Assembly: GCA_964645535.1 (NCBI GenBank)
Contig: CAZYCQ010000061.1
Location: 1 to 19,257, forward strand
Source: an uncultured archaeon
GTDB taxonomy: Archaea > Asgardarchaeota > Heimdallarchaeia > Heimdallarchaeales > Kariarchaeaceae
Direction of reading: 5' to 3'
DNA length: 19,257 bases
Position 1 is the first letter of the stretch. Each line of letters starts with the position of its first letter. Positions 1 to 9,827 of this stretch are shown in pieces. The notes below the pieces were generated by a model that was not told where the DNA came from, did no database searches, and worked only from the letters and a program-made list of their open reading frames with translations. Position numbers and translations under genes: made by a program.

Positions 1-159
1 GGATTTTACGAATGATTGGTGGCACCACTTCAACATTCATTTGTTTATCCTTAAGCTTGATGGTCTGTAAATGGCAAATTCATAAATCTCCTTATTTCTC
101 CATACACTCCTTTCACAATTGCTTTATTTCAAACAGTTCAAGTTTATCATAGAGGTCTC

Positions 160-1254
160 ATGACAGATCAAACAAAGAAAATAATTATTGGTACGGCAGT
201 TGTTGTAGGGATTGTTGCTCTGCTCTTTCTGCCAGCCTTGTTTTCATCACGGGCAGTCACTTTGAATGGAGCAGGATCAACTTTTGTTAATCCACTTATG
301 TCTACATGGTCCGATTATTACACCGCAAATGTTTCATCCGATGTTGAAGTAAACTATGCATCCATTGGAAGTGGAGGCGGTATTCGCCAATTGTTGAATA
401 AGACAGTTGATTTTGCTGCTTCTGATGCACCGATGAATGCGGAAGAATTTGCGAGTGCAAAAAATGTCCTTCATATCCCCATTACCGTGGGTGCAGTTGT
501 TGTCGCATTCAATATCCCGGGAATTAATGACTTGAAAATGACAGGAGAGGTAGTTGCAGATATCTTCCTAGGGAAAATCACAAAATGGAACGATCCTGCA
601 ATAGCTGCATTGAATCCAGATGTTACCCTTCCATCTGAAGACATCATTGTTGCACACAGATCAGATGGATCAGGAACTACCTTTGTCTTTACCGATTATC
701 TTTCACATGTCAGTACCGATTGGAAAGAGCAAAAAGGAACCGGAAAATCCATTGATTGGGCTGTCGGACTTGGAGGTAAAGGAAATGAAGGAGTCACCAA
801 GCTTATTTTGGACAATGAATATTCCATCGGATATATTGAACTATCCTATTCAGAAACGAATAACCTCAACACAGTCAAGCTTCAAAATCAAGCAGGAGAG
901 TTCGTTTCACCAAGCATCCAGAACATCAAGAATGCAGTAAACAATGCAGCAGCAAGCCTTCCGAAAGGAGATGAGAGTTGGGAGGATGTTTCAATAGTTG
1001 ACGCTCCTGGAAGCGGTTCTTATCCTATTGTAAGTTTTGTGTACTTGATGGTTTACAAAGATTTGAACAATGTGGAAGATAAAGAGGTGGCCCAAGCACT
1101 TGTAGACTTTATCTGGTGGATTGTTCATGACGGTCAATCGTTTGCAGAACCCCTGTATTATGTAGGATTGGCAGATACAGTCATTTCTCTGAACGAGAAT
1201 ACAATTGGGATGATCAACTTTAACGGAGAATCTCTGGTTCTTCCATCCTCATAA
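160..1254 (+). CDS. pstS: Phosphate ABC transporter substrate-binding protein PstS, N-terminally membrane-anchored
   Basis: Motifs GAGSTF, NYASIGSGGGI, VDFAASD, HRSDGSGTT, GKGNEGV, IGYIE and YPI are typical of PstS. Hydrophobic N-terminal helix without a lipobox Cys. AGAGGT just upstream. First gene of a pst cluster. Confidence 0.96.
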   Translation: MTDQTKKIIIGTAVVVGIVALLFLPALFSSRAVTLNGAGSTFVNPLMSTWSDYYTANVSSDVEVNYASIGSGGGIRQLLNKTVDFAASDAPMNAEEFASAKNVLHIPITVGAVVVAFNIPGINDLKMTGEVVADIFLGKITKWNDPAIAALNPDVTLPSEDIIVAHRSDGSGTTFVFTDYLSHVSTDWKEQKGTGKSIDWAVGLGGKGNEGVTKLILDNEYSIGYIELSYSETNNLNTVKLQNQAGEFVSPSIQNIKNAVNNAAASLPKGDESWEDVSIVDAPGSGSYPIVSFVYLMVYKDLNNVEDKEVAQALVDFIWWIVHDGQSFAEPLYYVGLADTVISLNENTIGMINFNGESLVLPSS

Positions 1255-1369
1255 GGGAGAGAGAAATAGGGGAGGGACATTAGTACAAAAATGGAGATCG
1301 GAAATTTGATTTTTGATGTAAATTGTTTTATTCAATACACCATCCATACAAGTAACGGAGGTAATCATC

Positions 1370-2317
1370 TTGCTGAAACATGAGATTGAAGAAATGAACG
1401 AAGCCACTGCCCCCTTCGTTGGAAAGACGTCGGAAGACACATGGTTCAAGTTCATCGTTATGGGGTTGGGAATAGGGGTGCCAATTTTTCTATTGTTCCT
1501 CTATTTGGAGGCTTTGCTATCGGAATCCCGTTTGGCCATAGAAACCTTTGGATTTGAAGTAATTACAAATACGAGGTGGGATCCAGTCAAGGACATCTAT
1601 GGGGTAGGAACATTCATTTATGGGACTATAATGACATCAATTTTGGCGATCATCATTGCCTTGCCCATCAGTATTATGGCTTCCATCTACATCTATGAAT
1701 TTGTTCCCATTAGATACAAGAAGTTGGCAAGAACCTTGGTTGATTTGCTTGCAGCAATACCGAGCGTCATCTACGGTCTTTGGGGCATTTTCGTGTTGAT
1801 ACCCTTCCTCAGAAACACATTATTTGCGTTTTTGGAGGTTTTTGGGGTAAAAATCACCAGTGGATATTCAATTTTCACAGCAGGACTGGTTTTGGCAATT
1901 ATGATAACCCCAATCCTCATGAACATCATCATCGAAGGATTTGACACAGTTCCGGTCACCCTCAAAGAGGCAATGATAAGTCTGGGAGCAACTCGATGGG
2001 AGGTAAGTAGAAAAGTTGTCCTTCCAACAACGAAAACAACGGTTTTTGTTGCCTTGATGCTTGGGTTAGGAAGAGCCTTGGGAGAGACAATGGCAGTCAC
2101 CATGGTAATTGGCAACGACAACAATCCTCCAACCTCATTATTTGACATTTTCAGTTCAGGGCAGACAATCAGTTCCCTAATTGCAAACGAATTCAGTGAA
2201 GCAGCAGGTCAACTGTATTTTTCAATGATTTTTGAGTTAGCTCTTATTTTGTTTGTGATTACCTTCTTTTTCAATACTGCGGGGATTTTCATCCTGAATC
2301 GTTTGAAGGAGGAATGA
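1370..2317 (+). CDS. pstC: Phosphate ABC transporter permease PstC
   Basis: Multi-TM protein with W-x-P, LAAIPSVIYGLWG, the EAA-like loop EAMISLGATRWE and RALGETMAV. TTG start preceded by GGAGGT. Confidence 0.94.
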   Translation: MLKHEIEEMNEATAPFVGKTSEDTWFKFIVMGLGIGVPIFLLFLYLEALLSESRLAIETFGFEVITNTRWDPVKDIYGVGTFIYGTIMTSILAIIIALPISIMASIYIYEFVPIRYKKLARTLVDLLAAIPSVIYGLWGIFVLIPFLRNTLFAFLEVFGVKITSGYSIFTAGLVLAIMITPILMNIIIEGFDTVPVTLKEAMISLGATRWEVSRKVVLPTTKTTVFVALMLGLGRALGETMAVTMVIGNDNNPPTSLFDIFSSGQTISSLIANEFSEAAGQLYFSMIFELALILFVITFFFNTAGIFILNRLKEE

Positions 2318-2321
2318 AATT

Positions 2322-3206
2322 ATGGAAGAGAACAAAAAGGAAAATATGTTAAGGATTGAAGACAGCGGTCATTGGAAATACAGACAACTGGTAAATTATC
2401 TCATGAATGGAATTGCCCTCCTCTGCTTTATCGTAGTTCTTGTCCCATTAATTAGCGTAGTTGTCCAAGTGTTTGCCAATGGTCTTCAGGCATTTTCATT
2501 TGAGATACTGTTTCGGGAAGGAGGATCTCCTCTGAACAAACGTACAGGGATTTTCCACGCGATATTGGGAACCCTTCAAGTAACCGTCATCGGAAGTTTA
2601 TTGGGAATACCATTGGGAATTGCAACAGGAGTATATCTAGAGTATTTTGGCAAGGGTCGTTTGAATAATTTGTTACGAATCGGTATTGACACCATGGTCT
2701 CCATTCCCACCATCATCACAGGCGTTGTAGTTTGGGGATTGATCGTATTGGCCATGAATTCATTTTCTGTGTTGGCAGGAGGCATTTCACTGGCATTTAT
2801 CATGATTCCTATCATTGCAAAAACCACAGAGGAAATGATTCATTTGGTTCCCAAATCCTATGATGAAGCAGGATATGCTTTGGGACTTAGTGAAAGCAGA
2901 ACCGCAATGTCAATTGTCATACCAATGGCATCTAAAGGGATTGCTTCAGGAGTTTTGATTGCAGTAGCTAGGATTATGGGAGAAACCGCGCCATTACTCT
3001 TTACGGCATTTTTCAGTCAACGAGCTCCAAGGAGCATTACAGAGCCAAGCGCAACCCTCCCAGTGCTTATTTTCAATTACGCAATTGCCCCTTATGACAA
3101 TTGGCATAATCTTGCTTGGGTTGCAGCGATGATTTTGGTTGCATTAAATTTTGGGGTGATTTTCATTACACGGAAGATGTTTGGCGGTACGCCAGGGAAG
3201 TGGTAA
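2322..3206 (+). CDS. pstA: Phosphate ABC transporter permease PstA
   Basis: [24 protein letters not shown] and [10 protein letters not shown] motifs. Follows pstC after 4 bp with GGAGG upstream. Confidence 0.94.
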   Translation: MEENKKENMLRIEDSGHWKYRQLVNYLMNGIALLCFIVVLVPLISVVVQVFANGLQAFSFEILFREGGSPLNKRTGIFHAILGTLQVTVIGSLLGIPLGIATGVYLEYFGKGRLNNLLRIGIDTMVSIPTIITGVVVWGLIVLAMNSFSVLAGGISLAFIMIPIIAKTTEEMIHLVPKSYDEAGYALGLSESRTAMSIVIPMASKGIASGVLIAVARIMGETAPLLFTAFFSQRAPRSITEPSATLPVLIFNYAIAPYDNWHNLAWVAAMILVALNFGVIFITRKMFGGTPGKW

Positions 3207-3207
3207 T

Positions 3208-4017
3208 ATGGCAATTAGAATCGATACAAGTCAGATTATTGAAGAGGAAATTGATACACGAAACAAGGTTGAGGTTCATCAATTAAATGCTTTTTACGGA
3301 GAGAAACAAGTACTCTTTGACATCAATGTCGTTTTTCCGGAAAGAAGTATAACTGCAATAATTGGACCTTCAGGTTGTGGAAAATCAACCTTTATCAGAA
3401 CATTAAACAGGTTACATGAGCTTAATGAAGGGGCTAGGATAGAAGGAAAAGTCCTTCTAGATGGCTATGACATCTATGCTCCGGAAGTAAATCCTGTACT
3501 TGTTCGAAGAAAAATAGGGATGGTCTTTCAAAAACCAAATCCGTTTCCGAACATGACCATCTATGACAACGTTGTAGCAGGATTAAAACTCCAAAACATT
3601 AAGGACAGCGAGACCCTAGATGAAGTCGTGGAACGTACATTGAAGGTGGTTGGACTTTGGGATGAGGTTGCGAATGACTTGAAAAATAAAAGAGGAACGG
3701 ATCTTTCAGGAGGACAACAGCAAAGGCTTTGTATTGCAAGGGCAATTGCTGTTGAACCAGAGGTCATCCTTATGGACGAACCGACAGCATCATTAGATCC
3801 ACAATCAACATTGGTTATTGAAGATTTGATGAGGGACCTAAGGAAAAAATACACCGTCATTGCAGTAACCCACAATATGCAACAGGCGGCGCGAGTCTCG
3901 GATTTCACCATGTTCTTATATAATGGAAAGCAGATTGAGCATGGACGAACTCGGGATGTGTTCGAGAAACCAAAAGAAGAGTTGACAGAACATTACATTA
4001 CAGGGAGGTTCGGATAG
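3208..4017 (+). CDS. pstB: Phosphate ABC transporter ATP-binding protein PstB
   Basis: Walker [21 protein letters not shown], signature [14 protein letters not shown], Walker [18 protein letters not shown]-terminal YITGRFG. Start moved from the track's 3181 (TTG inside pstA) to the ATG at 3208, 1 bp after the pstA stop. Confidence 0.97.
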   Translation: MAIRIDTSQIIEEEIDTRNKVEVHQLNAFYGEKQVLFDINVVFPERSITAIIGPSGCGKSTFIRTLNRLHELNEGARIEGKVLLDGYDIYAPEVNPVLVRRKIGMVFQKPNPFPNMTIYDNVVAGLKLQNIKDSETLDEVVERTLKVVGLWDEVANDLKNKRGTDLSGGQQQRLCIARAIAVEPEVILMDEPTASLDPQSTLVIEDLMRDLRKKYTVIAVTHNMQQAARVSDFTMFLYNGKQIEHGRTRDVFEKPKEELTEHYITGRFG

Positions 4018-4664
4018 TGACAAGAAAAGAGTATACGGAAAAATTGGAGCTTGTAAAGTCTTCACTCAATGAATTGCTTGAAATGGCCCGTGAAATTTTG
4101 GAACAGATGTTTAAATCTATCGAGGCACCCCATACCAAAGTGGAAGAAGCTGAAAATCTTGATAGGAAAGTTCGTCAACGAACCAAAGACCTCTTGGATT
4201 TATGCACGGAAATTGTAACGTTACAACAGCCAATGGCAACAGATATACGCCTTGTGCTTTCAGCAATTCGTATAAAAAATGATATCGAAAGGAGTGTGAG
4301 AGATTCGCTACATATCATCAGGATGAAACTTGGTGAGAAATCAACACAAGATTCTGTATTTTTCGACACATTAGGGCAAATTCATGATGTACTGAACAAA
4401 ATGATCGACATCTTGGAAGAATCTCTGCGAACCCGTAATGCGGAAATCTTGTTGGAATTATCCAATCTTGATGAGGTCATCGATGATTATTATGACAGGG
4501 CGAATGAACATCTCAGGAAGCAAATCAAGGAAGGAGGAGATGTCGAAGCCAATATCGATCGCCTTCAGGCAGTCCGCATGATTGAAAGAATCGCAGATCA
4601 TTTCTGCAATATTGCAGAAAAATTATATTATGTACATACAGCAGAAATAATTCGAATCGCTTAG
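4017..4664 (+). CDS. phoU: Phosphate signalling/uptake regulator PhoU
   Basis: Helical protein with QQPMATDIR, DIER, DEVID and IERIADHFCNIAE motifs. GTG start overlaps the pstB TAG (TAGTG). Confidence 0.92.
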   Translation: MTRKEYTEKLELVKSSLNELLEMAREILEQMFKSIEAPHTKVEEAENLDRKVRQRTKDLLDLCTEIVTLQQPMATDIRLVLSAIRIKNDIERSVRDSLHIIRMKLGEKSTQDSVFFDTLGQIHDVLNKMIDILEESLRTRNAEILLELSNLDEVIDDYYDRANEHLRKQIKEGGDVEANIDRLQAVRMIERIADHFCNIAEKLYYVHTAEIIRIA

Positions 4665-4675
4665 GGTATCATCAA

Positions 4676-5410
4676 TTATTCAATTTTTTTACGAATAAGA
4701 CCGAGAACAGGAATTGCAAATAACAATCCAAGTAAGGGGAATGGACTGCCATTTTGAGTAGCATATATGTCAACAGTTGCTCCAGCAGGTGTCTCACCTA
4801 CATCTGCAATAGTCACAGATAACTCGTCATCAGAGTGCCAAGTATGATAGGTCAAAGTGTCTGAACTTTCATGGGCTGCAAAGAAGAATCCATATGTTCC
4901 ACCGATTTCCCAATTGTGGTCTTGTCCAGCTGTATCATCAGAAGCTAGAGGGAAACGAAGTTCAACGGTAGTAATTCCATTTTCTTCAGTTCCAGCAACT
5001 TCGATCGGAAATTGGGAATCATCCACGATTGGAGGAGTATTTCCAATAGCATGATAGTCTTGTGCGGTTGCAACACCATTTTTAACGGACGAAATCACCA
5101 TATCCGCGCCGGTCATTCCAGCACCAGGTTCGTTCATTCCGAAACCGACCCATCCAGTGAATTCACCCCATAGGGCTATGAAAATGTGGGTTTTGTTGTG
5201 ACCCCAAGCAACATTGAGGAAATAATTTTCGGAATCTAGGTGATCTGCAACCTTGAATGTTGTGGGGTATTCTCCGTCATCAACTTTTCCATCCAGTTTT
5301 GCAGATGCAAAATCACTGTAATAAAGTGTGGTATTAGCTGCATTGCTTGGAAACGTTGAGATCATAAGAATTGTTGCAATAAATGCAGAGAAGAGTAGCC
5401 CTTTTTGCAT
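4676..5410 (-). CDS. Secreted, C-terminally anchored DOMON-domain protein (DOMON-A), putative heme-b binding
   Basis: Signal peptide ending SNA-A, LDG-x4-GEY, the DOMON-like core GWVGFG-x6-GMTGADMV, DYHA, E-NG-T-VE, and a late YH. Tail GSPFP, hydrophobic helix, RKK. Start placed at ATG 5410 (MQKGLL) because it gives a clean signal peptide and has a TATA-like box upstream; the track starts at 5458. Confidence 0.8.
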   Translation of the reverse strand: MQKGLLFSAFIATILMISTFPSNAANTTLYYSDFASAKLDGKVDDGEYPTTFKVADHLDSENYFLNVAWGHNKTHIFIALWGEFTGWVGFGMNEPGAGMTGADMVISSVKNGVATAQDYHAIGNTPPIVDDSQFPIEVAGTEENGITTVELRFPLASDDTAGQDHNWEIGGTYGFFFAAHESSDTLTYHTWHSDDELSVTIADVGETPAGATVDIYATQNGSPFPLLGLLFAIPVLGLIRKKIE

Positions 5411-5434
5411 GTGATCCTTTACTAAAGTAAGCCA

Positions 5435-5441
5435 TATAAAA
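5435..5441 (-). promoter_or_regulatory. Putative archaeal TATA box for DOMON-A
   Basis: TTTTATA on the minus strand about 25-31 bp upstream of ATG 5410, flanked by GCCA...TGGC. Confidence 0.45.
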
Positions 5442-5639
5442 TTTGGCACAGAGACCATGGCATTTTTCCAGCATTCACACAGACATTTTGTAAAATTGAT
5501 AAGAAATAGTTCAATTAAATTGCATATTTCGGGCGACAGGTTATTGAATTGTTATGGATCAAGCTACATTTTCAGGATGTCTTCAAAGGCAAAAGAAAAT
5601 CATAATCAATTGATTTTTTCGTGTGTAAAAGGTGGTCAA

Positions 5640-6950
5640 TTAATTTTTAGTGGATCGGGCAATCAACCAAGTTAGGATGTAGCAGATAAGCGCGAGGAGA
5701 ACGAAAACGACATAACCTCGAGCGTAACCAATGGATCCCATTTGATCAACAAATGCACCTAGTATTGGAGGAATTACAAATCCTCCAAATGCACCAAGAC
5801 CTCCGACCCATCCTGAAGTACCTCCAACAGCATCAGGAACTGCCTTTGGAACCAATTTGAAGACAGCCGCATTCATGATTCCCATACCGACAGCCAGAAT
5901 AACCATTCCAAGGATTGAAAGCCCATATATTTCACTGAAGGTCATAATCAGGGCACCGACAAGAAGAACTGAAATACCTCCGAAAAGGGTTTGAGTTCCA
6001 CCAATTGAATCGGAGATCTTTCCCGCGTATACCCTGACAAGAGAACCAATCACTATGAAAATTCCGTTAAGGATCAATGGAATCCCAAATTTTATGTCAT
6101 CTGCAATCACAATGGGATCTGGGCCATAGAAATCAACCCAATATTTCTTGAACCAAGTTCCCAATGCAATGAAACCACCGAAAGAGGTAAAGTAAAGACT
6201 CACCAATGCCCATGTCTGCCAATGCCTTCCTGATGCTTTCAGACTTTGAATCAGTTTATATTTGGGGAAAAGTTCCTGACCCTTTTCCTTGGCAACCCTG
6301 ATGGCTTCCTCTTTTGAGACACCTTGATTAAGTAATTGGAAGTAGTATGCATCCTTTCCTATTCGGAAATAGATGAAAGTTCCAATTGCAAGGAGAACTA
6401 GCCATAAAAGATATGAATTGGCTACTCCGATTGTTGCAAGAGTGATTGCCATGATGAATGAAAAGATGCCAGGAGCAAGATTTCCAATTCCTGCGTACTT
6501 CCCAAGTGCAGAACCCTGATCTTTTTGTTTGAACCAATATGCAACTTGACTGATACCTACAGAAAATGTAGCGATACCGCAACCTGCCAAGAATCCAAAG
6601 AAAAGGATCAATGGGTACATACCTTTGGTAAGAGTTCCGTTCTCCAATGAGAGCCCAAAGAAATAAAGTCCAGCCATTCCAACTATTGAAAGGACAAGAA
6701 GAACCAAGATGGGCTTTCTACCACCCACATCATCAGTCCAAGCCGAAAATGGGATTCTAAGGAGAGATCCGGAAAGATTGGGCATCGCGACCAAAAGGCC
6801 AGCCAATGTTCCAGAAAGTCCAAGAGCGACGTTGAATTCGGTAGCTGTTGAGCCAAGGGCAACTACAGCGGCAAATCCAATAAAAAAGCCAATAGTTGCA
6901 CCCCAAAGACCTTCATCAGGAGTTCCTTCTAGTTGATATTCTTTTGTCAT
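5640..6950 (-). CDS. narK: NarK-family nitrate/nitrite MFS transporter
   Basis: About 12-TM MFS protein with the two nitrate/nitrite porter arginines (GSLLRIP, GSLVRVYAG), Gly-rich nitrate-signature segments (GKYAGIGNLAP, GWVGGLGAFGGF) and Y-x3-FGGF. Directly downstream of narI. ATG 6950 preferred because it follows AGGTGA; the track gives GTG 6959. Confidence 0.92.
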   Translation of the reverse strand: MTKEYQLEGTPDEGLWGATIGFFIGFAAVVALGSTATEFNVALGLSGTLAGLLVAMPNLSGSLLRIPFSAWTDDVGGRKPILVLLVLSIVGMAGLYFFGLSLENGTLTKGMYPLILFFGFLAGCGIATFSVGISQVAYWFKQKDQGSALGKYAGIGNLAPGIFSFIMAITLATIGVANSYLLWLVLLAIGTFIYFRIGKDAYYFQLLNQGVSKEEAIRVAKEKGQELFPKYKLIQSLKASGRHWQTWALVSLYFTSFGGFIALGTWFKKYWVDFYGPDPIVIADDIKFGIPLILNGIFIVIGSLVRVYAGKISDSIGGTQTLFGGISVLLVGALIMTFSEIYGLSILGMVILAVGMGIMNAAVFKLVPKAVPDAVGGTSGWVGGLGAFGGFVIPPILGAFVDQMGSIGYARGYVVFVLLALICYILTWLIARSTKN

Positions 6951-6959
6951 TTTCATCAC

Positions 6960-7646
6960 CTAATTTCCACGGCTTCTATTCCAGATAACAATCTGGGGAG
7001 TTCGCCATGCATATCGAATTGGATAGAGCATCAGGTGCCCTAATCTTGTGAACGGGATCATGGCAATCAGCACCATTCCATTAACGAAATGCAGATGCAA
7101 AAGCCAGTCAGATCCTGCAAAACCTGCAACAGTAGAATAATTTGGGTTCAGTGTGAACAACGATCTCAACCAAGGAACCATGGTTGAAATAAACCATTGA
7201 GACCCAAATCGATATTTAATTGCGACAGTCATTCCAGTTACGATCTGTGTTGAAAGGTCTCCAAGCACAATCCAATCAGCAGCAGTCGTGACTGCCCGAA
7301 CCCTTTCATTGGTTATTCTACGGTAAATAAGGATAGCCATTCCCAAGATAGAGAATCCTGCAAGAGCCCACCCGGTGTATTCCCAGAATTCCCGATTGGA
7401 ATCTGTAACTAACCTGTTGAATAGATCCGGGAACAAAATCCCTAGAATATGCATGGACAGGATTGCAATAATCGAATAATGCCAAAAATAGGAGCCAAAG
7501 AGAAGTGTTTCCTTGTCTCCTAGAAATTCGGAAGATTGACTGGAGACTGAATATTTGTCGTAGCTAATTCGGTATATCCAGCCGATCACAGCCAATGTGA
7601 TAGCCACATATGGAAAAATAAGGTAAAACAACATGTCTATTGCCAT
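6960..7646 (-). CDS. narI: Respiratory nitrate reductase gamma subunit (di-heme cytochrome b, quinol oxidising)
   Basis: FPYVA, SSQSSEFL, heme-ligand His pairs in WHYSIIAILSMH and HLH...PFTRLGH, and YRR...RVR. AAGGAGG upstream of the start. Confidence 0.95.
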   Translation of the reverse strand: MAIDMLFYLIFPYVAITLAVIGWIYRISYDKYSVSSQSSEFLGDKETLLFGSYFWHYSIIAILSMHILGILFPDLFNRLVTDSNREFWEYTGWALAGFSILGMAILIYRRITNERVRAVTTAADWIVLGDLSTQIVTGMTVAIKYRFGSQWFISTMVPWLRSLFTLNPNYSTVAGFAGSDWLLHLHFVNGMVLIAMIPFTRLGHLMLYPIRYAWRTPQIVIWNRSRGN

Positions 7647-8305
7647 TTTGATTCCTCCTTCTTACCTTTCCTGATCCATTGGTCAATTCCGCTATTGTCA
7701 GGAACAGGTGACGAATGAACAGGTAAGGACACAGTTTCCCGAGTTTGAATTTTGTCCTCAGGTTTGCTCAAATAATTGTAGATGGAAAGGAAAAGAGAAT
7801 AGAACGCTAATCCCGCAGAGACTGATTGGGGTTTGTCCTCAGGCCTTACTTTTGTCCAAATGATGCGTTTCAGAGAGGGGAGCAAAGCACTTTGGACAAT
7901 TTCATGGGTAAGAACTTCGTTTGGAAATTTAGAGACAAAATCAAGAAGCACCGAGAAATGATCAGGAAGTTCCCCTTCAACAGAGTAGCCGTGGGATCTA
8001 AATCTTTTCTTAAGCTCAACAAGAAATGTGCTTCTCAAATAACTTTCGCCAAAGAGATAATAACCGACATAAGGTGAAATGTGGTAGTTCAGTTCAAACA
8101 TTTCCGTATAGTAAGATTGGACATCAATCAGCTCCAATGGACGTATGAACTCAAGAAACGTTTTGAAGTCATCATTGCAATTTAGTTTTTCAAAGCATTT
8201 TTCAGCTACTTCAAGATAATCCTCTTCGGGATAGGCAAGCAGTTTCGCAAATAATGAAACCACTTCGGGATCCAAGGGTTCATACGCTAGAGCCATAATT
8301 TCCAT
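7637..8305 (-). CDS. narJ: Nitrate reductase molybdenum-cofactor assembly chaperone
   Basis: LLAYP, Y-x3-F, YVGYYLFGESYLR and GELPDH motifs. Lies between narH and narI. ATG 8305 follows GGTGAT at the narH stop; the track's 8377 start lies inside narH. Confidence 0.9.
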   Translation of the reverse strand: MEIMALAYEPLDPEVVSLFAKLLAYPEEDYLEVAEKCFEKLNCNDDFKTFLEFIRPLELIDVQSYYTEMFELNYHISPYVGYYLFGESYLRSTFLVELKKRFRSHGYSVEGELPDHFSVLLDFVSKFPNEVLTHEIVQSALLPSLKRIIWTKVRPEDKPQSVSAGLAFYSLFLSIYNYLSKPEDKIQTRETVSLPVHSSPVPDNSGIDQWIRKGKKEESKWQ

Positions 8306-8306
8306 A

Positions 8307-9818
8307 TCACCATCTCCTTTCCGGTACGGATTTCTTCCCGAAACCACCTTCCATCTTCTTGGCGAACGGATCCACAAATCCTTCGATTTGGGCTTCCCTT
8401 GCCAAAGGTGGAATTACGAAGCGTTCCTCCATTGTTGGAAGGCTGGTTAATTGAAAGATCGCTTCTGCCTCAAATGCAGAAGTCTTGCCTTCTTCAAGGG
8501 CAGTGGCAACCTCCTCAGGAGAAATGTCTCCAAGTTCCTGTGCTCTCTTGAAGATACGAACCGCCATGAGTTTCTTGTAGGTTGCATAGATAATATCCTC
8601 GTTCCCTGCGGAGAACAAGGAGGCCATGTACTTGATCGGGATCCTAGCCTTGTCGATATCACTCATTTGAGGCTTGCGATCATTCAAATCTCCTTGTTGA
8701 TCATAAATTCCGTTCCTTTTCCTTCCGATTATAGGGAGAAGTGGAGGAACATAGAACAACATGGGTAAGGTTCGATATTCAGAATGCAAAGGCAAGGCGA
8801 TTTGCCATTGTTTAACGAACTTGTAAATTGGAGAGTTCTGGGCAGCTTCGAGCATTTTCTCATCAATGCCGTTTTCTTTTGCCTTCTTAATGACCTCCGG
8901 ATCAAAGGGATCAAGAATAAGTTCATTTCTTATGCCATCCACCAATTCAGAGTCATCCAAAGCGGCAACCTCAGTTATCTTTTCTGCATCGTACAGAAGA
9001 ACTCCGAGATATCGTATTCTACCGACACAGGAGTGGAAACATGCAGGTGCCTGCCCAGTTTCAAGTCTGGGATAACAGAGAAGGCATTTCTCCGATTTAC
9101 CGGTACTCCAATTGTAGTACACTTTTTTGTAAGGACAACCGGAGATGCACATTCTCCACCCCTTGCAATTATCTTGATTGATCAAGACAATACCATCTTC
9201 ACCCCGTTTGTAAATTGCACCTTGAGGACAGGCTGCAAGACAGGTAGGGTTGACACAGTGATTACAGATTCTTGGAAGGTAGAAGAAAACCAAGCGTTCC
9301 AATTCATTGAGTTGATCCTTTTCCTCCTGACTAAGTCCTTCAAGATTAATGTCGTTCCTTGCATAGAGTTCAGAACCACTGAGATCATCATCCCAACTTG
9401 GACCCGATTTGATGTCAATATATTTCCCAGTTACCCTAGAAATGGGTTTGGCTACTGGTTGATCATTGGACTGTGGAGCTGTGAAAAGGTGCTCATAGTC
9501 ATAGGTCCATGGTTCATAATAGTCATCCATTGTTGGAAGATGGGGATTTCCAAAGATATTCTTACCCAAGGAGCTAAATTTACCGTTAACCTTCAAAAGG
9601 ATCTTGTCACCCTTCTTGATCCAACCACCCTTGTACTTTTCCTGATCTTCCCATTTGTGTGGATAACCAGTACCAGGTTTAGTTTCCACATTATTGAACC
9701 AAGCATATTCGACACCTTTCCTGTCGGTCCAAATATTCTTGCATGAGATGCTGCAGGTGTGGCATCCTATGCATTTATCCAGATGAAATACCATTGCAAT
9801 TTGCGATCGTACGTCCAT
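8307..9818 (-). CDS. narH: Respiratory nitrate reductase beta subunit (Fe-S)
   Basis: LDKCIGCHTCSISCK, PRICNHCVNPTCLAACP, CKGWRMCISGCPY (Trp replacing Cys, the [3Fe-4S] site), KCLLCYPR...CFHSCVGRIRY, LHSEYRTLPM. ATG 9818 follows AGGTGA; the track gives GTG 9827. Confidence 0.97.
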   Translation of the reverse strand: MDVRSQIAMVFHLDKCIGCHTCSISCKNIWTDRKGVEYAWFNNVETKPGTGYPHKWEDQEKYKGGWIKKGDKILLKVNGKFSSLGKNIFGNPHLPTMDDYYEPWTYDYEHLFTAPQSNDQPVAKPISRVTGKYIDIKSGPSWDDDLSGSELYARNDINLEGLSQEEKDQLNELERLVFFYLPRICNHCVNPTCLAACPQGAIYKRGEDGIVLINQDNCKGWRMCISGCPYKKVYYNWSTGKSEKCLLCYPRLETGQAPACFHSCVGRIRYLGVLLYDAEKITEVAALDDSELVDGIRNELILDPFDPEVIKKAKENGIDEKMLEAAQNSPIYKFVKQWQIALPLHSEYRTLPMLFYVPPLLPIIGRKRNGIYDQQGDLNDRKPQMSDIDKARIPIKYMASLFSAGNEDIIYATYKKLMAVRIFKRAQELGDISPEEVATALEEGKTSAFEAEAIFQLTSLPTMEERFVIPPLAREAQIEGFVDPFAKKMEGGFGKKSVPERRW

Positions 9819-9827
9819 TTCATTCAC

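Noticed and set aside
1-103. Possible minus-strand starts at 103, 83 and 40 (MNVEVVPPIIRKI...)
   Set aside because: The first two stop within 3 and 10 codons. The third has only 13 codons in the window, too few to call.
620-4369. Short alternative-frame or antisense ORFs within the pst operon (620-940, 1249-1455, 1771-2148, 2576-2827, 3561-3911, 4175-4369)
   Set aside because: They overlap well-supported pst genes and carry no family signal.
5457-5675. 72-aa plus-strand ORF in the DOMON-A/narK gap
   Set aside because: Overlaps the narK 3' end, has no motif or clear RBS, and the gap is better explained as regulatory DNA.
8784-9746. 320-aa plus-strand ORF, and the similar 9759-10409, 11142-11783 and 12321-12767 ORFs
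   Set aside because: Antisense shadows of narH/narG with no recognisable motifs; explained by codon bias of the real genes.
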